Origin: Squatina squatina
Lineage: Eukaryota
Assembly (NCBI GenBank): GCA_031763465.1
Contig: JARFOE010000192.1
Coordinates: 14,855,458 to 14,909,494 of the forward strand
DNA: 54,037 bases
Direction of reading: 5' to 3'
Under the pieces are notes generated by a model. The model ran no database searches and was not told the origin of the DNA. It worked only from the letters and a program-made list of their open reading frames with translations. Of this stretch, positions 25,855-39,104 are shown piece after piece (position 1 is the stretch's first letter; every line of letters starts with the position of its first letter). A program made the position numbers and the translations under genes.

Positions 25855-25893
25855 CTGAGAAGAATACAGTAAATATTTAATAGATGGCATTTA

Positions 25894-26067
<174 letters not shown>

Positions 26068-27729
26068 TTAGGCAAATATCAGCATTAAAATTAGGTATAA
26101 TTTATCAGACAGTAATGCAGAAATTTCCCCACAGCACTTCATGGTTTTCTGCTGGGAAATCTTAGTCTCACTATACATTTGGAAGTTTTATTGTTGAATT
26201 AGACAAGCCAAAAAGTGGCATATGGCAGTTTGACAAAAAAATGTATTCAATCTTAACAGTAGCAAGTCAAAATAAAAACCAGTACAGTACAAAGTAAGTT
26301 TTACTCCTGAGGCTTTCAATTCTACAATCTGGGCATAAGTGTAAATTCCTCCTGGGGAGCATGTAGCTGAATGCAAAACCAGGTCTGGCCGGAGAGCCAA
26401 GTGCATCGCTCAATAGCTGTTAATTCAACTATCCACCCGAACACCATAAAAGTTGTTCTATCCCAAAACTGTAGAGAAAGAGAAACTGGCCTTTACCTTA
26501 CTTTCCCTTTCAAGTTCGTTTCTCAGCCACTCAAAGTCACTATATCTTCTTCTGACAGAAGATTCCTTCAATTTGAATATTGGGAGATTAGTCTGAAAAA
26601 TAAAGATTCAAATTATTCTAAGAGTGCAGTGAAAATGCCTTGTTTTCTGTTACAGAAGCTTAAATGGTGTGGTCATTGCACGAGACTGAAGTATCTCCTT
26701 TGACAGCATTTCAAAAGGCAGCTAACCATGCACTTCTGAAAATTGTTGCCAGAATGCATTTTGGAAGATGCACACTGCTGTTCTCAAACAAATGCATTGG
26801 CATCAAAAGTGCTTAGTTTCAACAAAATTCAGCTCAACATTTTCCCCTTCTCCCTTTCCTCCATTACATCCAATATTTAGAAGGAAGAACATATCCGTAT
26901 CCAATATAAACTTCCCTCAAGTGTANNNNNNNNNNNNNNNNNNNNNNNNNNNNNNNNNNNNNNNNNNNNNNNNNNNNNNNNNNNNNNNNNNNNNNNNNNN
27001 NNNNNNNNNNNNNNNNNNNNNNNNNAGCTGTTAGTTTTAAAACTGTTGTTACAATGCAGGGTACTAGGCAAACAATACATTCATAAACAAAATATATAAT
27101 ATAATATAATATAGAGATTCTTATGATCTGAAATTGGACGGATTTTCAGGCACACCATAAACTGATGACCCTTTGTGTGGAAAAAATCCTTCTAACTTCA
27201 TGAATCAAGTAGTAATTCTAAGTTTATGTACCCTTCACCAATCAGTGGAAGAATCTTATACTATAAATTCTCTCAAATCCTTTCAATGTTTTGAACAGTT
27301 CTGTTGGATCCCTCCTTATCTTTCCCTTCAGTGAATACCATGGAACGTTGTTAGCATAACTGTCCACTCATTCATGGTAACATTGCTTCTCTCCAGTGGC
27401 TCTTATTCCATGGCTCCAGCATTCATTCTCTAATGAACTGCTCAAAATGGTGCACAATACTGCAGCTGCATCTTGACCTATGTTTTTTCCACATTCATCA
27501 TCTTGTACTCAAAACTCTTGTATATAAAACACAGAATCCCATCTACCCTTCCTTTTGGGTTTTTCTATCTGCAGTCCCCCTTTTGAATATTTTCTTTTGG
27601 TCAGCTATGTGGCAATATGCGCAGATACCCATTGCGAAGTGTCTCCAAATCAAGTTGCTGAGAAATCCACAAGTACAGTTTCTATTTATCTGATATTGCA
27701 GGGACATATTCCATTTACTTAAATCTAAA

Positions 27730-28490
27730 TGGGGCGAATGGATGTGCTAACGGGGCGCAATGGCATTTTCTCCCGGGGAAGTGGGGTGGTACTGCCTCCC
27801 TGAAAATTGCCCTGGAGGTTTCGGGGGGAGTGGGGGGGTGCTGTCCTGGCAGCGCCGCGATTATCGCCCTGGGCCGATGCACAACAGGCGATGATGTCAT
27901 CACCGTGCACACTGACTCCTTTTTGCCCCGCAGGATAAATTGCTCTGTGGGAAGCGAGGCCAGCGCTAGTCAATGGCAATGCCAGCTTCGCATATCGCTT
28001 CGCCAGCGCAATATTTAAAGGGGAGGCCTTTAGCGCCTCGGGCCGCCATCTTTTTTTGTCGGCCGACTCATGGATCGGCCCGACAATGGCGGCCCTAGCC
28101 TCGACCGGGCTGCCATTGGGCACTGCCATTTTGGGTGTCGGGTTGTTGGCCCGGCCGATTGCTTCCCTGGTGGCCCAGTGGCGTCCACCAAAGGGCTATG
28201 CAGAGTGCACAGCGGCCCTCCACTTTACTGAAAGGGGAGGGGTGTTGTAGCGCGTCAGCGCTATGTGGAGCTTCCGCGTTGCGCTGGCCTGCTGTGCAGC
28301 GCTGGACTTAGCGCCGCGCTACCACTCCGCGAGCTCCCCTCAAAGGAAGCGGAACACTCCACTTCCTTTGAGGGGCGTACGGCCCATTTCCACATCAGGG
28401 GCGGGACTTCCGGGCTGGGTGCTGAAAGTCCTGGCCCCAGAAAGTTGCCGCCCCCAATCGGGGCCAGGGGCGAGGGGCAATTTCGTCCCC
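27730..28490. mobile_element. CpG-rich non-autonomous element (MITE-like)
   Basis: Sharply bounded GC/CpG-rich block in AT-rich intron, ending 'gggcaatttcgtcccc'. Shares 'tttaaaggggaggg' and 'gccattttggg' motifs with other blocks in the window. Confidence 0.55.
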
Positions 28491-28836
28491 AAAGAGTTTT
28501 AAGCACAAATTTATAGTGCGCTATATTCAGAGTTGGGTGCACATCCTGATTGGGTTGCAGAGAGGTAAGCTGAAATAGGGCTGAATCTCAAATCAGTAGA
28601 AGTACAATTCAAATAGTGTATGTTCATGCAATGATCAGGAGGAAGTGATGCATTTACCCCTAAGCCTTGGTTCTGCCAACTTTCACAAAGCTCTCTACAC
28701 TGAGGTGAGTGCTATTTCTCATTAAAGGGAGTGAGTTTGTACTGCACTTTGGGTAAAATTAAATTTTCCTCTGTGAATTTGTCAATAGGTTGCTTTGTTG
28801 ATGGGTTTCTGTGCATGTAAGACATCCAGATGGTCA

Positions 28837-29040
<204 letters not shown>

Positions 29041-29208
29041 CTAGAAAAAACAAAATTGATATTGTAGGTTTACAAGAAAATGTCAGTCACCTGTTTGTAA
29101 TCTTTAGNNNNNNNNNNNNNNNNNNNNNNNNNNNNNNNNNNNNNNNNNNNNNNNNNNNNNNNNNNNNNNNNNNNNNNNNNNNNNNNNNNNNNNNNNNNNN
29201 NNNNNNNA

Positions 29209-29480
29209 GGGCACTCGGTTCAGATGATCACAAAGTACACTAAACCTGAGGTTAGAAAAGAATTCTTTTCAGAGGGTGGTATGAACATGGAACTATCCAT
29301 CACAAAACGTTGTTGAAGCCGAGTGCATCAATTTTTTTTCAAACAAATCAGATAATTGTTTGAAAAAGAATATTTAAAGGTTTGGGGAGCAAGCAAAAGA
29401 ATAGAGTTAGACCTAGTACGTCATTTGGAAAAAAAATACTGTGCCCACTTCTTGGGCTGAATGGCCAGTTTCTATGATAT
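29209..29480 (+). mobile_element. Degenerate CR1 3' end
   Basis: 'gttagaaaagaattcttttcagagggtggtatgaacatggaac' (FFxQRVV..WN region) and tail 'tgggctgaatggccagtttct'. Confidence 0.6.
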
Positions 29481-30129
29481 TGTTCACAATGAATCTGATG
29501 CTAACTAAATGTGAACACTTCTTGCAGTCAGGTTTGCACGGGAAACAGAGTAGTCCCTTAGACACCAGTTCATAGCACTTCACCCATGAATCTGGTAAAC
29601 AGGACCTTTGCCGAGACAAATATCTCAAATAATGGTTCGTAGTAGCCAATGCCAGACCTTCTGAGGAAAACAATCTCTCTTGACTTGAGACTGAATATAA
29701 TATACAGACTAGCCAGATGTGTTTTTCTCCATCTTTCACCCTCAATACAAAAAAAAAATCAGTGTGTGCCCTTTATCAAAATATCTGTAAGGACAATAAA
29801 TAAATGCTTGACAAAGCAGCAGCTGCATTTGTTAGCTGCAGTCGCTGAACCACTTATGCCCAGACGACAGTCCAGCAAAGCTGTTTCTCTCTTCAACTGC
29901 TACAGAATTTTCACAAACAGCAACTTTAAAACAATTGTGTTTGCATGTGGACCTGCCGCAGTTGAACGGAAGTGCATGGAATAGTGTGGAGCCAGGGGAC
30001 TGGGAGATATAAAGAACAGCAAAGGAAGGCAAAAGAAGATAGCAAGAACTCCAAAAAGAGAATGTGAAAAGAAACGTTTGAGGGATATCAAGATTAACAC
30101 TAAAAGGTTTTAAAATTATATATTAAAAG

Positions 30130-30495
30130 AAAAAGGGTAGACCTGACCGTTTCCACCCCAGGGTTTTAAAGGAAGTAGGTGAGGAAATTGCAGATACCTT
30201 AGCCGTAATCTTCTAAAGCTCTCTTGATTCAGGAATTGTCCCTTTAGATTGGAAAATTGCAAATGTAATCCCATTATTTATTTAAGAAAGCTGAGAAAGA
30301 GAAACCAGGAAATTTTAGACCTGTTATTCTAACATCTGTTGTGGGGAAGTTACTGGAATCTAGAATTAAGGACAGTGTGACTGAACACTGAGAGAAATTT
30401 GAGCTGACTAAAGAGAGCCAGCATGGATTTGTGAAAGGTCAGTTATGTCTAACAAAACTAATTTAATTTTTAGAGGAAGTAACTAAAGTAATAGA
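30130..30495 (+). mobile_element. CR1 LINE RT fragment
   Basis: HPRVLKEV.EEIAD, DWKIANV.PL, KPGNFRPV.LTSVVGKLLES, SQHGFVKG..CLT. Confidence 0.85.
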
Positions 30496-30595
30496 NNNNN
30501 NNNNNNNNNNNNNNNNNNNNNNNNNNNNNNNNNNNNNNNNNNNNNNNNNNNNNNNNNNNNNNNNNNNNNNNNNNNNNNNNNNNNNNNNNNNNNNN

Positions 30596-31198
30596 CCCTG
30601 CAAATATTGCCGCACTCCCAGGTACATCTAGCAAATATTGTCACACTTGCATGAACATCCAGGAAATATTACCACACTCCCAGATGCACCCTGCAAACAT
30701 TGACACACTCCCAGGTACGTCCTGCAAATATTTTCACACTCGAGGAACACCCTGCAAATATTCACACTCCCAGGCGCACCGTGCACTTATTGCCACACTC
30801 CCAGGTACACCCTGCAAATATTGACACACTCCCAGGTACACCCTGGAAATATTGACACACTCCAAGTACACCCTGCAAATATTGACACACTCCCAGGTAC
30901 ACCCTGCAAATATTGCCACACTCCCAGGTACACCCTGTAAATATTGACACACTCCCAGGAACACCCTGCAAATATTCATACTCCCAGGTACAAACTGCAA
31001 ATATTGCCACACTCCCAGGTACAACTTGCAAATATTCACACACTCCCAGGTACACCCTGTAAATATTGCCACACTCCCAGGCGCACCCTGCAAATATTCA
31101 CACACTCCCAGGTACACCCTGCAAATATTGCACACTCCCAGGTACACCCAGGAAATATTGACTCACTCCCAGGTATGCCCTGCAAATATTGACACACC
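30596..31198. repeat. 31-bp minisatellite, roughly 19 copies visible
   Basis: Consensus ACACTCCCAGGTACACCCTGCAAATATTGNC repeated head-to-tail with no spacers; truncated by a gap. Confidence 0.95.
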
Positions 31199-31919
31199 TT
31201 GTTTCTAAATTCCAAAAGACAATATCAGCTACACAAAGGAAAACAATGTTATCATTGCAGAACATTCTTTTAGTTAGTGAACAGCAACAGAATCATGCTG
31301 GTAAATTAACAAATACGAAAGATAAAGAATACGAACAGACTGCCTGCGGGTTGTATCATTGCCTGGTCCCACATGAACTGAGGTCTGATTGCCTTATGGG
31401 ATATTCATGTATACACCCTCCCTCCCCCGAAGTCCTTGGATGTGATGTTTGAAAATCTCAGATTTACATCCTACTAACATTATCCTCTTTAGACAACTTG
31501 CCATTGATATATATCACAATCGAGTCCCTTGTTTTTGCTCATTTACACATACATGTCTGTCCATCACCAGTGACAGCTCACTGCCCAGACACCACCACCT
31601 TCGCCCCCACTGGCTTTTAATTTCCTCATTGTATTTTCCTTATAGTCATCCCCCCAAAAATCTGCAAGATGAAACTATAAAGGTCTCTTCAACATTACTA
31701 TCAGAATTTGTCAGAAATCAGTTTGGTCCAAAAAGGCTGTTTTTCACATAGATCTTTTGATTCCTGTTTGTTCTGCTGCCACTGAGATCCGAAGCCCTTC
31801 CAACTTTTACATAATTCTGAATATGTTACATCAAACCCAGTCCTCTTATTCTCTGAGTCTGTCTTTTTGATTATGCTGGTGTACAAGTTAAGGACAAAGC
31901 CTGGTGGTTGGTATATTAC

Positions 31920-32299
31920 CTTTCAAGCCTTTGCATTGTCAAGGCCAATGTCTTGTTGAGTTCTTCTATCACTTTACTAGTTGGTACTGGTGGGTGGATC
32001 GGTAGCCGGAGGACACGGATTGAAGGTAATTGGCAAAAGAACCTGAGGGGAGACGAGGGGAATTTGTTTTAAGCANNNNNNNNNNCCGTACTGTAGCTGG
32101 TGCTGATGAGCGGCAAGCTGGGAAGGCAGCAGCTGATGCTGTACTGATGACTGCTGGGAGATTTTCTGCACTACAGAATAGGACGTAGGCGGAGAGTCTG
32201 CAGCCTGTGGTGGAATGCAAATCATCACTTTCTTTGGAGGTAGAGGGGGTGACAACCTCACAGGTGGCATACAAGGCAGCTTCACAGGCTGGCCAGCGT
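31920..32299 (-). CDS. PHACTR1: PHACTR1 proline-rich exon, interrupted by a 10-N gap with a frame discontinuity
   Basis: atcag|AC starts [28 protein letters not shown]...HQHQLQY; the 3' end reads [28 protein letters not shown], then AG|gtaata. Confidence 0.85.
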
Positions 32300-32911
32300 C
32301 TGATAAAAAAAAAACACATTAAAGTACAATTCAGAGAACAACTCAACAGTTTGCAATTTACAAATCCTTTCACACTCTCCCCTGCTATTTCCCCAGTCAA
32401 GTAGTTTGATTTGTAAAAAAAAAGCCATCAGGGTTAATTCCGTGCTTGCAGTGGGTGTCTGCACACATCAGAACCACGGGGCAGAGATAGGGCTCCAACA
32501 TTGTAACCATAACCACATTCAGTGAGAGTGCAGCCCATCTGTTGGGAGTGTGGGATTCTGGAATTACTCCTACAGTGTCCGCAAAGTGGCTACAGGATAA
32601 ATTGTGCGAGACCCTGTTTTCAGTGTAGAGCGAGAGGTCAGCACACATGNNNNNNNNNNNNNNNNNNNNNNNNNNNNNNNNNNNNNNNNNNNNNNNNNNN
32701 NNNNNNNNNNNNNNNNNNNNNNNNNNNNNNNNNNNNNNNNNNNNNNNNNGAATGAGGAAGAGGGAATATTACTTGCAAAAAAGGTATCACACATATTAAA
32801 AAATTACTCTGAGAAGCATTTTCTCTCATAAATAGTACAATATAACTGAAGTTATGGTTAAATCCAGGAACAAGATACATCACTCACCCTTCTCTGTATC
32901 AGAAGACTTAC

Positions 32912-32992
32912 CTTTTTCAAAAATTTCTTTCAGCACTCCTCGTTTTATCAGCTCCTCTCTGCTTTGCCGCGTGGAAATCTTTCTTTCCAGAG
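32912..32992 (-). CDS. PHACTR1: PHACTR1 RPEL1 exon (81 bp)
   Basis: ttcag|CT...G|gtaagt gives (A)[26 protein letters not shown]. Confidence 0.95.
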
Positions 32993-33024
32993 CTGAAAGT
33001 AACAGAGATTATGTTTAGATATGG

Positions 33025-33641
33025 TGGCCTAGAAATTTGTTTGCCTCTGAAAATGGGCGCAGGGATCGCGCTGCACTAGCAACCCGCGCCCGTTCGGAGG
33101 ACTGTGGGCAGCACGCGAATGTTGTGCTGCCTGCTCATTTCCATGATTATGGCGATCAGCTGAATGGCTGAACGCTCAGCAAGTTTGTGCGAGGCTAATA
33201 CCAATTAAAGGCAGCCTGCACCTCTTAAAGGGGAGGTGCATTCTGCCTGCAATAGATCATTCAACTGGCTGAGTAAGCTGGTGGAAAAATCAATTAATGA
33301 TGGCACAACAAGGGAGACAGTGTGCACCAAGGTTCTCCAATGCAACACTAGAGGCTGTGGTGCAGGGGGTCCATAGGAGGAGAGAGGTGTTCCTTCCACA
33401 GGGGTCCAGGAGGTTCTCCAGACAATGGAGACAAGTACACTGGGCACTGATAGCTACTGTGGTGACTGCCAGTAGTGTAGCCCCGAGGACGTGAACACAG
33501 TGCCGGAAGAAGTTTAATGATCTCACACAAGTAGCCCAAGGACAGTGAATTTATCTTCAACTGCCATATCCCGCAAACTGCACCACTAGCCTCACACACT
33601 GCTCAATTCACCACACGCCCATGACTCACCTACTAACAATC
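33025..33641 (+). mobile_element. PIF/Harbinger element remnant with Myb/SANT-like ORF
   Basis: Terminus 'ggcctagaaatt', then MAQQGRQCAPRFSNATLEAVVQGVHRRREVF...WALIATVVTASSVAPRT*TQCRKKFNDL (33300-33540), a Myb/SANT-like domain with an internal stop. Confidence 0.75.
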
Positions 33642-33871
33642 NNNNNNNNNNNNNNNNNNNNNNNNNNNNNNNNNNNNNNNNNNNNNNNNNNNNNNNNNNN
33701 NNNNNNNNNNNNNNNNNNNNNNNNNNNNNNNNNNNNNNNNNGTGAAGGACCCCTCCCTGTCCCAGATAGATGGATTTTGCTATTTCTCAGTCTGAACACT
33801 GTGCTCATTGGTGCATGGCTCCCCATATTCACAACAGAATCAATGAGAGCAACTTGTAAAAAAATGCCTAC

Positions 33872-34036
33872 CTGCAGATGTCTGTTTAAACTTTTCGCTT
33901 TTCTTCTTCCTCCATTTCCATGGTTTAAATAGCCTCCCTAATGTTGCAAACTTGCTTCTTCTCCTGATGGGCGGTGTGTGAGTCCCTGGGACCAGTGACT
34001 CCGAACGCATTGCAGCCAGTCTTTCTACTTCTTCAG
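33872..34036 (-). CDS. PHACTR1: PHACTR1 N-terminal basic/NLS exon (165 bp)
   Basis: ctccag|CT...G|gtaggc gives (A)[54 protein letters not shown], near-identical to recalled PHACTR1. Confidence 0.96.
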
Positions 34037-35374
34037 CTGGAGAAAAAAAGAACAGAAAGCTGAGCAACCTGATGTTAGCACGTGCAGTAAGTTTACTTTC
34101 CATTACTGCCACGTCATTAATGTTTCAACTGTAAATTGTTACTTACAAAGTTCCCGGTAAAGCCCACAACACAAAACAAACTGGCATGATTAGCACCAGT
34201 TCATTGTGAGCCCTCACCTCTGTAGGGCTCGTTTACATGGTATCTCTTTCCATAAAGGGTCTCATGTANNNNNNNNNNNNNNNNNNNNNNNNNNNNNNNN
34301 NNNNNNNNNNNNNNNNNNNNNNNNNNNNNNNNNNNNNNNNNNNNNNNNNNNNNNNNNNNNNNNNNNNNCTGCTGAGAAGCAGGAGGCTGGCAGCATTTTG
34401 AAACACTCTCAATAATGTAATTGCACTCCTCCAGCCAGTAGGTTGCATCAACAAAAGGATAGTGAGCACGAACCTCCTCAATGATCAGATGATCCACGTT
34501 AACAGCTGGACTGTAGCTTTAAACACTGCAGTTTCCAAACATATGGTGCAACAAAGCGTGCAGCACAGTCTTTGTGCAGGGAAGCACTCACGCTGCCAAA
34601 ATCACATGACATCGGCAGCACTCACAGCAGACCAGCACAATTACAGAATTGTAACAGAACTGCAAGCCTCTTTCCCTGTTAAATGTGTGTCGTCTGTCAT
34701 GAAATCCACCTGCAAAAAACGCCCACCGATTCCACAACTACATTTAAGGGAAGATGTTAGGGAGTTATAGAACAATTTTAATAAACTGGCATTCCTGAAA
34801 TAAAAATTAAAATGAAGTTAATGTGCGTGGAGGCAGTGCTCTGACATAGCAGCACAGATTACACCTTCCGAAAAAAATCAACCATGCAGAGCTTTTTTAA
34901 CAAAGTGAGACTGGTGATTGGTGCTAATATCAGCAATCTAAATGAGTCCAATTTTAATGTATCACAAACTCATCTACGTTGAAGCTACTTCCTACTTGCT
35001 TCCCTCAATGTTAACCATATAGGAGTGTACTTCCACTGTGGATTAAGCAATAAGTCTGAGTAAACAGGTGAGCAAAGACCATAGGAATGTAGTAACAGTG
35101 TTTTCTTCAGCTTTTACTTCTGCTCAGAGTCCCACTCCCATGCTTACCTGTGTTTGTGTTTGTGAAAGATCCTCCCCAAAAGAAAATTGGCTTAAGGTTC
35201 ATCAAAACAAACTCAATGCAGCTTAAGCCAGGGAGGCTAACAACAAAGAATGAATTCATTAATCAGTCTTACCTNNNNNNNNNNNNNNNNNNNNNNNNNN
35301 NNNNNNNNNNNNNNNNNNNNNNNNNNNNNNNNNNNNNNNNNNNNNNNNNNNNNNNNNNNNNNNNNNNNNNNNNN

Positions 35375-36168
35375 GGTGGGATGAGTGGGTGGGATGAGTG
35401 GGTGGGATGCTGGGATTTTCACACGCTCCTTCCGCTTGACCTCTGCGTGCTCCCAGAGAAGCTCGAAGTGATTGGCGCCTTCGTGGATGCTTCTCCTCCA
35501 GTTCAGGTTTTCTTGGGCCAGCGATTCCCACGAGTCGGTGGGGATGTTGCATTTTTTCAGGGAGGCTTTGAGGACGTCCTTGAAGCCTTTCCTCTGCCCT
35601 CCAAGTAATCGCTTGCCGTGACGAAGCNNNNNNNNNNAGAGTGCTTGTTTTGGAGGTCTTGTATTAGGCATGCGGACGATGTGGCCTGCCCATCACAGCC
35701 GATTGTGCATGACCAGTGCCTCGATGCTGCGAATGTTGGCCTGAGAGAGGACGCTGATATATTGTTACGCCAATCCTGCCAGTGGATCTGCAAGATTTTG
35801 CAGAGGCAGCGTTGGTTGATACTTTTCCAGGGATTTGAGGTGTCTGCTGTACATTGCCCATGTCTCCGATGCATGCAGGAGGGCGAGTATCACTGCTGCC
35901 TTGTAGACCATGAGCTTGGTGCCGGGTTTGAGGTCTTTATCTTCAAACACTCTTTACCTCAGGCAGCCGAAGGCTGTACTGGCACACTGGAGGCGGTGTT
36001 GAATTTCATCGTTGATGTCTGCCCTCACCGAGAGGAAGCTCCCAAGGTATGGAAATTGATCCACGTTGTCCAGGGGCTCTCCGTGGATGTTGATAGTAAG
36101 GGACAGTATTGTGCAGCAGGAGCAGGCTTATGTCTTTCGGGTGTTTAGCGTAAGGCCCATTCTCTCGT
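35375..36168 (-). mobile_element. RTE-clade (BovB-like) LINE, 3' part of ORF, frameshifted
   Basis: FEDKDLKPGTKLMVYKAAVILALLHASETW, QRCLCKILQIHWQD, MPNTRPPKQAL, GGQRKGFKDVLKASLKKCNI..WESLAQ..WRRSIHEG. Confidence 0.9.
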
Positions 36169-39104
36169 NNNNNNNNNNNNNNNNNNNNNNNNNNNNNNNN
36201 NNNNNNNNNNNNNNNNNNNNNNNNNNNNNNNNNNNNNNNNNNNNNNNNNNNNNNNNNNNNNNNNNNNNGTCTCACATCGAGCTGTTGCTTTATAAGTGGT
36301 TTCATTACATGCGGAACAAACCCAAGAGAGCAATCGGGTTTTTTTAAATTAATGCCTCACCGAGCTGATTCACAATGAGAGATGAGCAATACAAACTCCA
36401 AACAAAAAAAAATGTAAATGCAGCACACAAGTCCTATTATGGTGGTTTAGGCAAGCTCCTTAACTTCCAATAGAGACTTGGGCAGATTTTTCCCTCAATG
36501 CAGATGGGTGTATTGGATCGCCTGGGCACAGCGCAGAGGAAAAATCGGACGGGGAGCATAGCACCCTTTTTCCAGACATTTACATTAATTGAAAGATTAC
36601 AGAAGTGTGCTCCTCTGACAAATTCTCTACTAAAAAATAAATCCACAAAAATGGTATCACAAATTTGTATTTTAGCAATATGATTTTCATAAATAATTAG
36701 AATTAAAACTCTGCCATGTATATGACATTATGTTTGATATGGTACATAGTGCTAATGAAACACATTGTTACTGTAGGACCAGCATAGAGCCCAAGTATGC
36801 ACTTTTAATTGTGAAGACCTGCATTCCTTCTGAAACGTTTCTGTAGTAACAAGACATAACTTGACCTTACGGGTTGCAGACATCTAACGGGCCACAAGGC
36901 CACTTTAAAGTGCAAAAACTTCCTAGAATTCTTGGGCTAGTTAGGCCGGAGCCATCCAAATCCTGTTTTCTTCTGGTTGTTTCCTGTATGTGAGTATAAA
37001 CAGTCTGCTATTGTAACCATGGTAGAATTTCAACAGCAGCTCACAGCGGCCAAACAGGGTCAAGAACGTACCGAGCTACTGCATGTTCTGATAAACTACC
37101 TTAAAATTTTAATACTTTGATCTACTAATCGTTACTGCAAACAACAAATTAAAGCATGGGGTTTCAGGGGACAAATTGTTTAATTCAGGAGTCATGGGAG
37201 AGATAACATTGCCTTTGACTTGGACCACAATCAAGATGTTTGTGCCAAAAGTTGCACTGCTATTAAGGTCACTGAACTGTCTACATGGCCAATTATTTGA
37301 CTGCTTTTGCTTGAGTGCCACTAGTTAACTACAAAGTTTCTGAAGCTCAGGGTATATTTGCCAAAGTTAAATACAAAATAAGTGAATAGAAAGTTTGCTT
37401 TGCACCTGATTGAATGTTCATTGTGTTATTACACTGTCTGCCAGGTTTTCGATTACTGTGGTGAATGCAGGTGTTTGCCTGGTCTCAGTTTGGCACCTTA
37501 CACCAGTTTGTATTTTGTGTGGCGTGCTGTATGTGTATTTCATGTACCAATGTGTATGTGTATTATATGTGGTGATTTACTACTGCACTTTGTGTGGTGA
37601 TATTGTACATGTGTATTTTGTGTGACAGTGCTGTACAGGTGTATATACAGAAACCACTTTGGCNNNNNNNNNNNNNNNNNNNNNNNNNNNNNNNNNNNNN
37701 NNNNNNNNNNNNNNNNNNNNNNNNNNNNNNNNNNNNNNNNNNNNNNNNNNNNNNNNNNNNNNNCTGCTTCCCTGACTTCTGTTCTTCAGGCAGCACTGCC
37801 AGCCTTGCCACACCGCAGCAGGTGCCACACAGCAACTTCTCTTCTCTCCTCACACAAGGCAGGCAACCTGGCAGGCTCAGAAATATGGTTAGGACCCAGC
37901 TACAAAAATTAAATTAAATAGCGAGGCTATTGGGCATAAATGTTTCACCTCCACCGATCCTGCTGCTAGATTCCTGTCGGATCAGAAAATCCAAGCCGTT
38001 ATCTCTGTGTGTAGCTGAAAGAGACCCACGAAGCAAATTTTTACAGGGCTACTAAAGGTTTGAACTTTGGCAATGTTGCACGAGTCAGGAAGTCTGACTT
38101 TTTCGAAATGACTTAAAAATGTGAACATTCAAGGGAAAGTCAATTTAAACTGATACTAAGAAACCTAATGCTAAGTTGTTTTTGTTATACGTCTTCTTTT
38201 AAGCGGTGGCTGCACGCTCACATCCTTATGGTGGGGCTATGCTCATAGGGAGAATAGGAGCTTCAATGTTGTATCCCACTGGGAACATGGGTTAACCCTG
38301 TCGTGCCTTGACAGTGAGTATGCTATAAGGCAAAATGATGCTGAGAGAGGAGACGGGAAATGTAGCTGAATGCAACAAGGTCCATTCGCCTTTAACTCTT
38401 CACTTGCACGAAGTTGACTGCCACATTCTTTCTTAAATATGTGTTTTGTATTTTTTTAAATGGATTGCACAATGTTATCTTTCTTTGTGCCCTATGTAAT
38501 ATGTTTGGAATTCTGAATACTTTTCCTTCCTGTCCTGGGATTCAGTGCATTCATTCACCACATCAGCTGTTTGTGACATGAAGGTATTGTGCACTGGACA
38601 TAAACCGGATGCATGGTTCTATGAGGTCACTGATGTCTACATCTCCGACTGATAACTCACATTCAATGCCACAGAAGGAAGGGATTGAGCCTGGTAGTCT
38701 TAATGGTTTCCTGTACAACAACAGCAGAGATAGTATGACCCTCAAAAAACATATTTTTCACTAAAACTTCCTTCTTAACAATCAGACTTGCTTGGATATT
38801 TTTCTACAAGCTGTCTGTGTTTTTATGAAACTCTTGTATAGATGCTATCCTCGGCGCACAATACAAAGGAGGAAATTTCTATGCAGGAATGTCAGCTGCA
38901 GACAATTACCAGGAAGTCCCAGTTATGCAGTGGTAAATTCAAACAAAACCCCTTCTTTCAGAAAGTGAAATCAGATATTGCATTATTTGTCTGAAAACTG
39001 CTGGNNNNNNNNNNNNNNNNNNNNNNNNNNNNNNNNNNNNNNNNNNNNNNNNNNNNNNNNNNNNNNNNNNNNNNNNNNNNNNNNNNNNNNNNNNNNNNNN
39101 NNNN

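Noticed and set aside
25205-25890. Long ORFs in the track here and at other gaps
   Set aside because: They are open only because they run through N stretches.
27730-28490. CpG-island promoter or novel GC-rich genes
   Set aside because: It lies in a 3' intron of PHACTR1, has sharp edges, and shares motifs with other interspersed GC-rich repeats. The overlapping ORFs have no recognisable domains.
30596-31198. CRISPR-like array, and the repeat ORFs at 30734-31208
   Set aside because: Units are directly tandem with no unique spacers, there are no cas genes, and the context is vertebrate. The ORFs are translations of the minisatellite.
33297-33540. Domesticated host Myb/SANT gene (MSANTD/NAIF1-like)
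   Set aside because: It has an internal stop within the domain and is embedded in a transposon-like terminus inside an intron.
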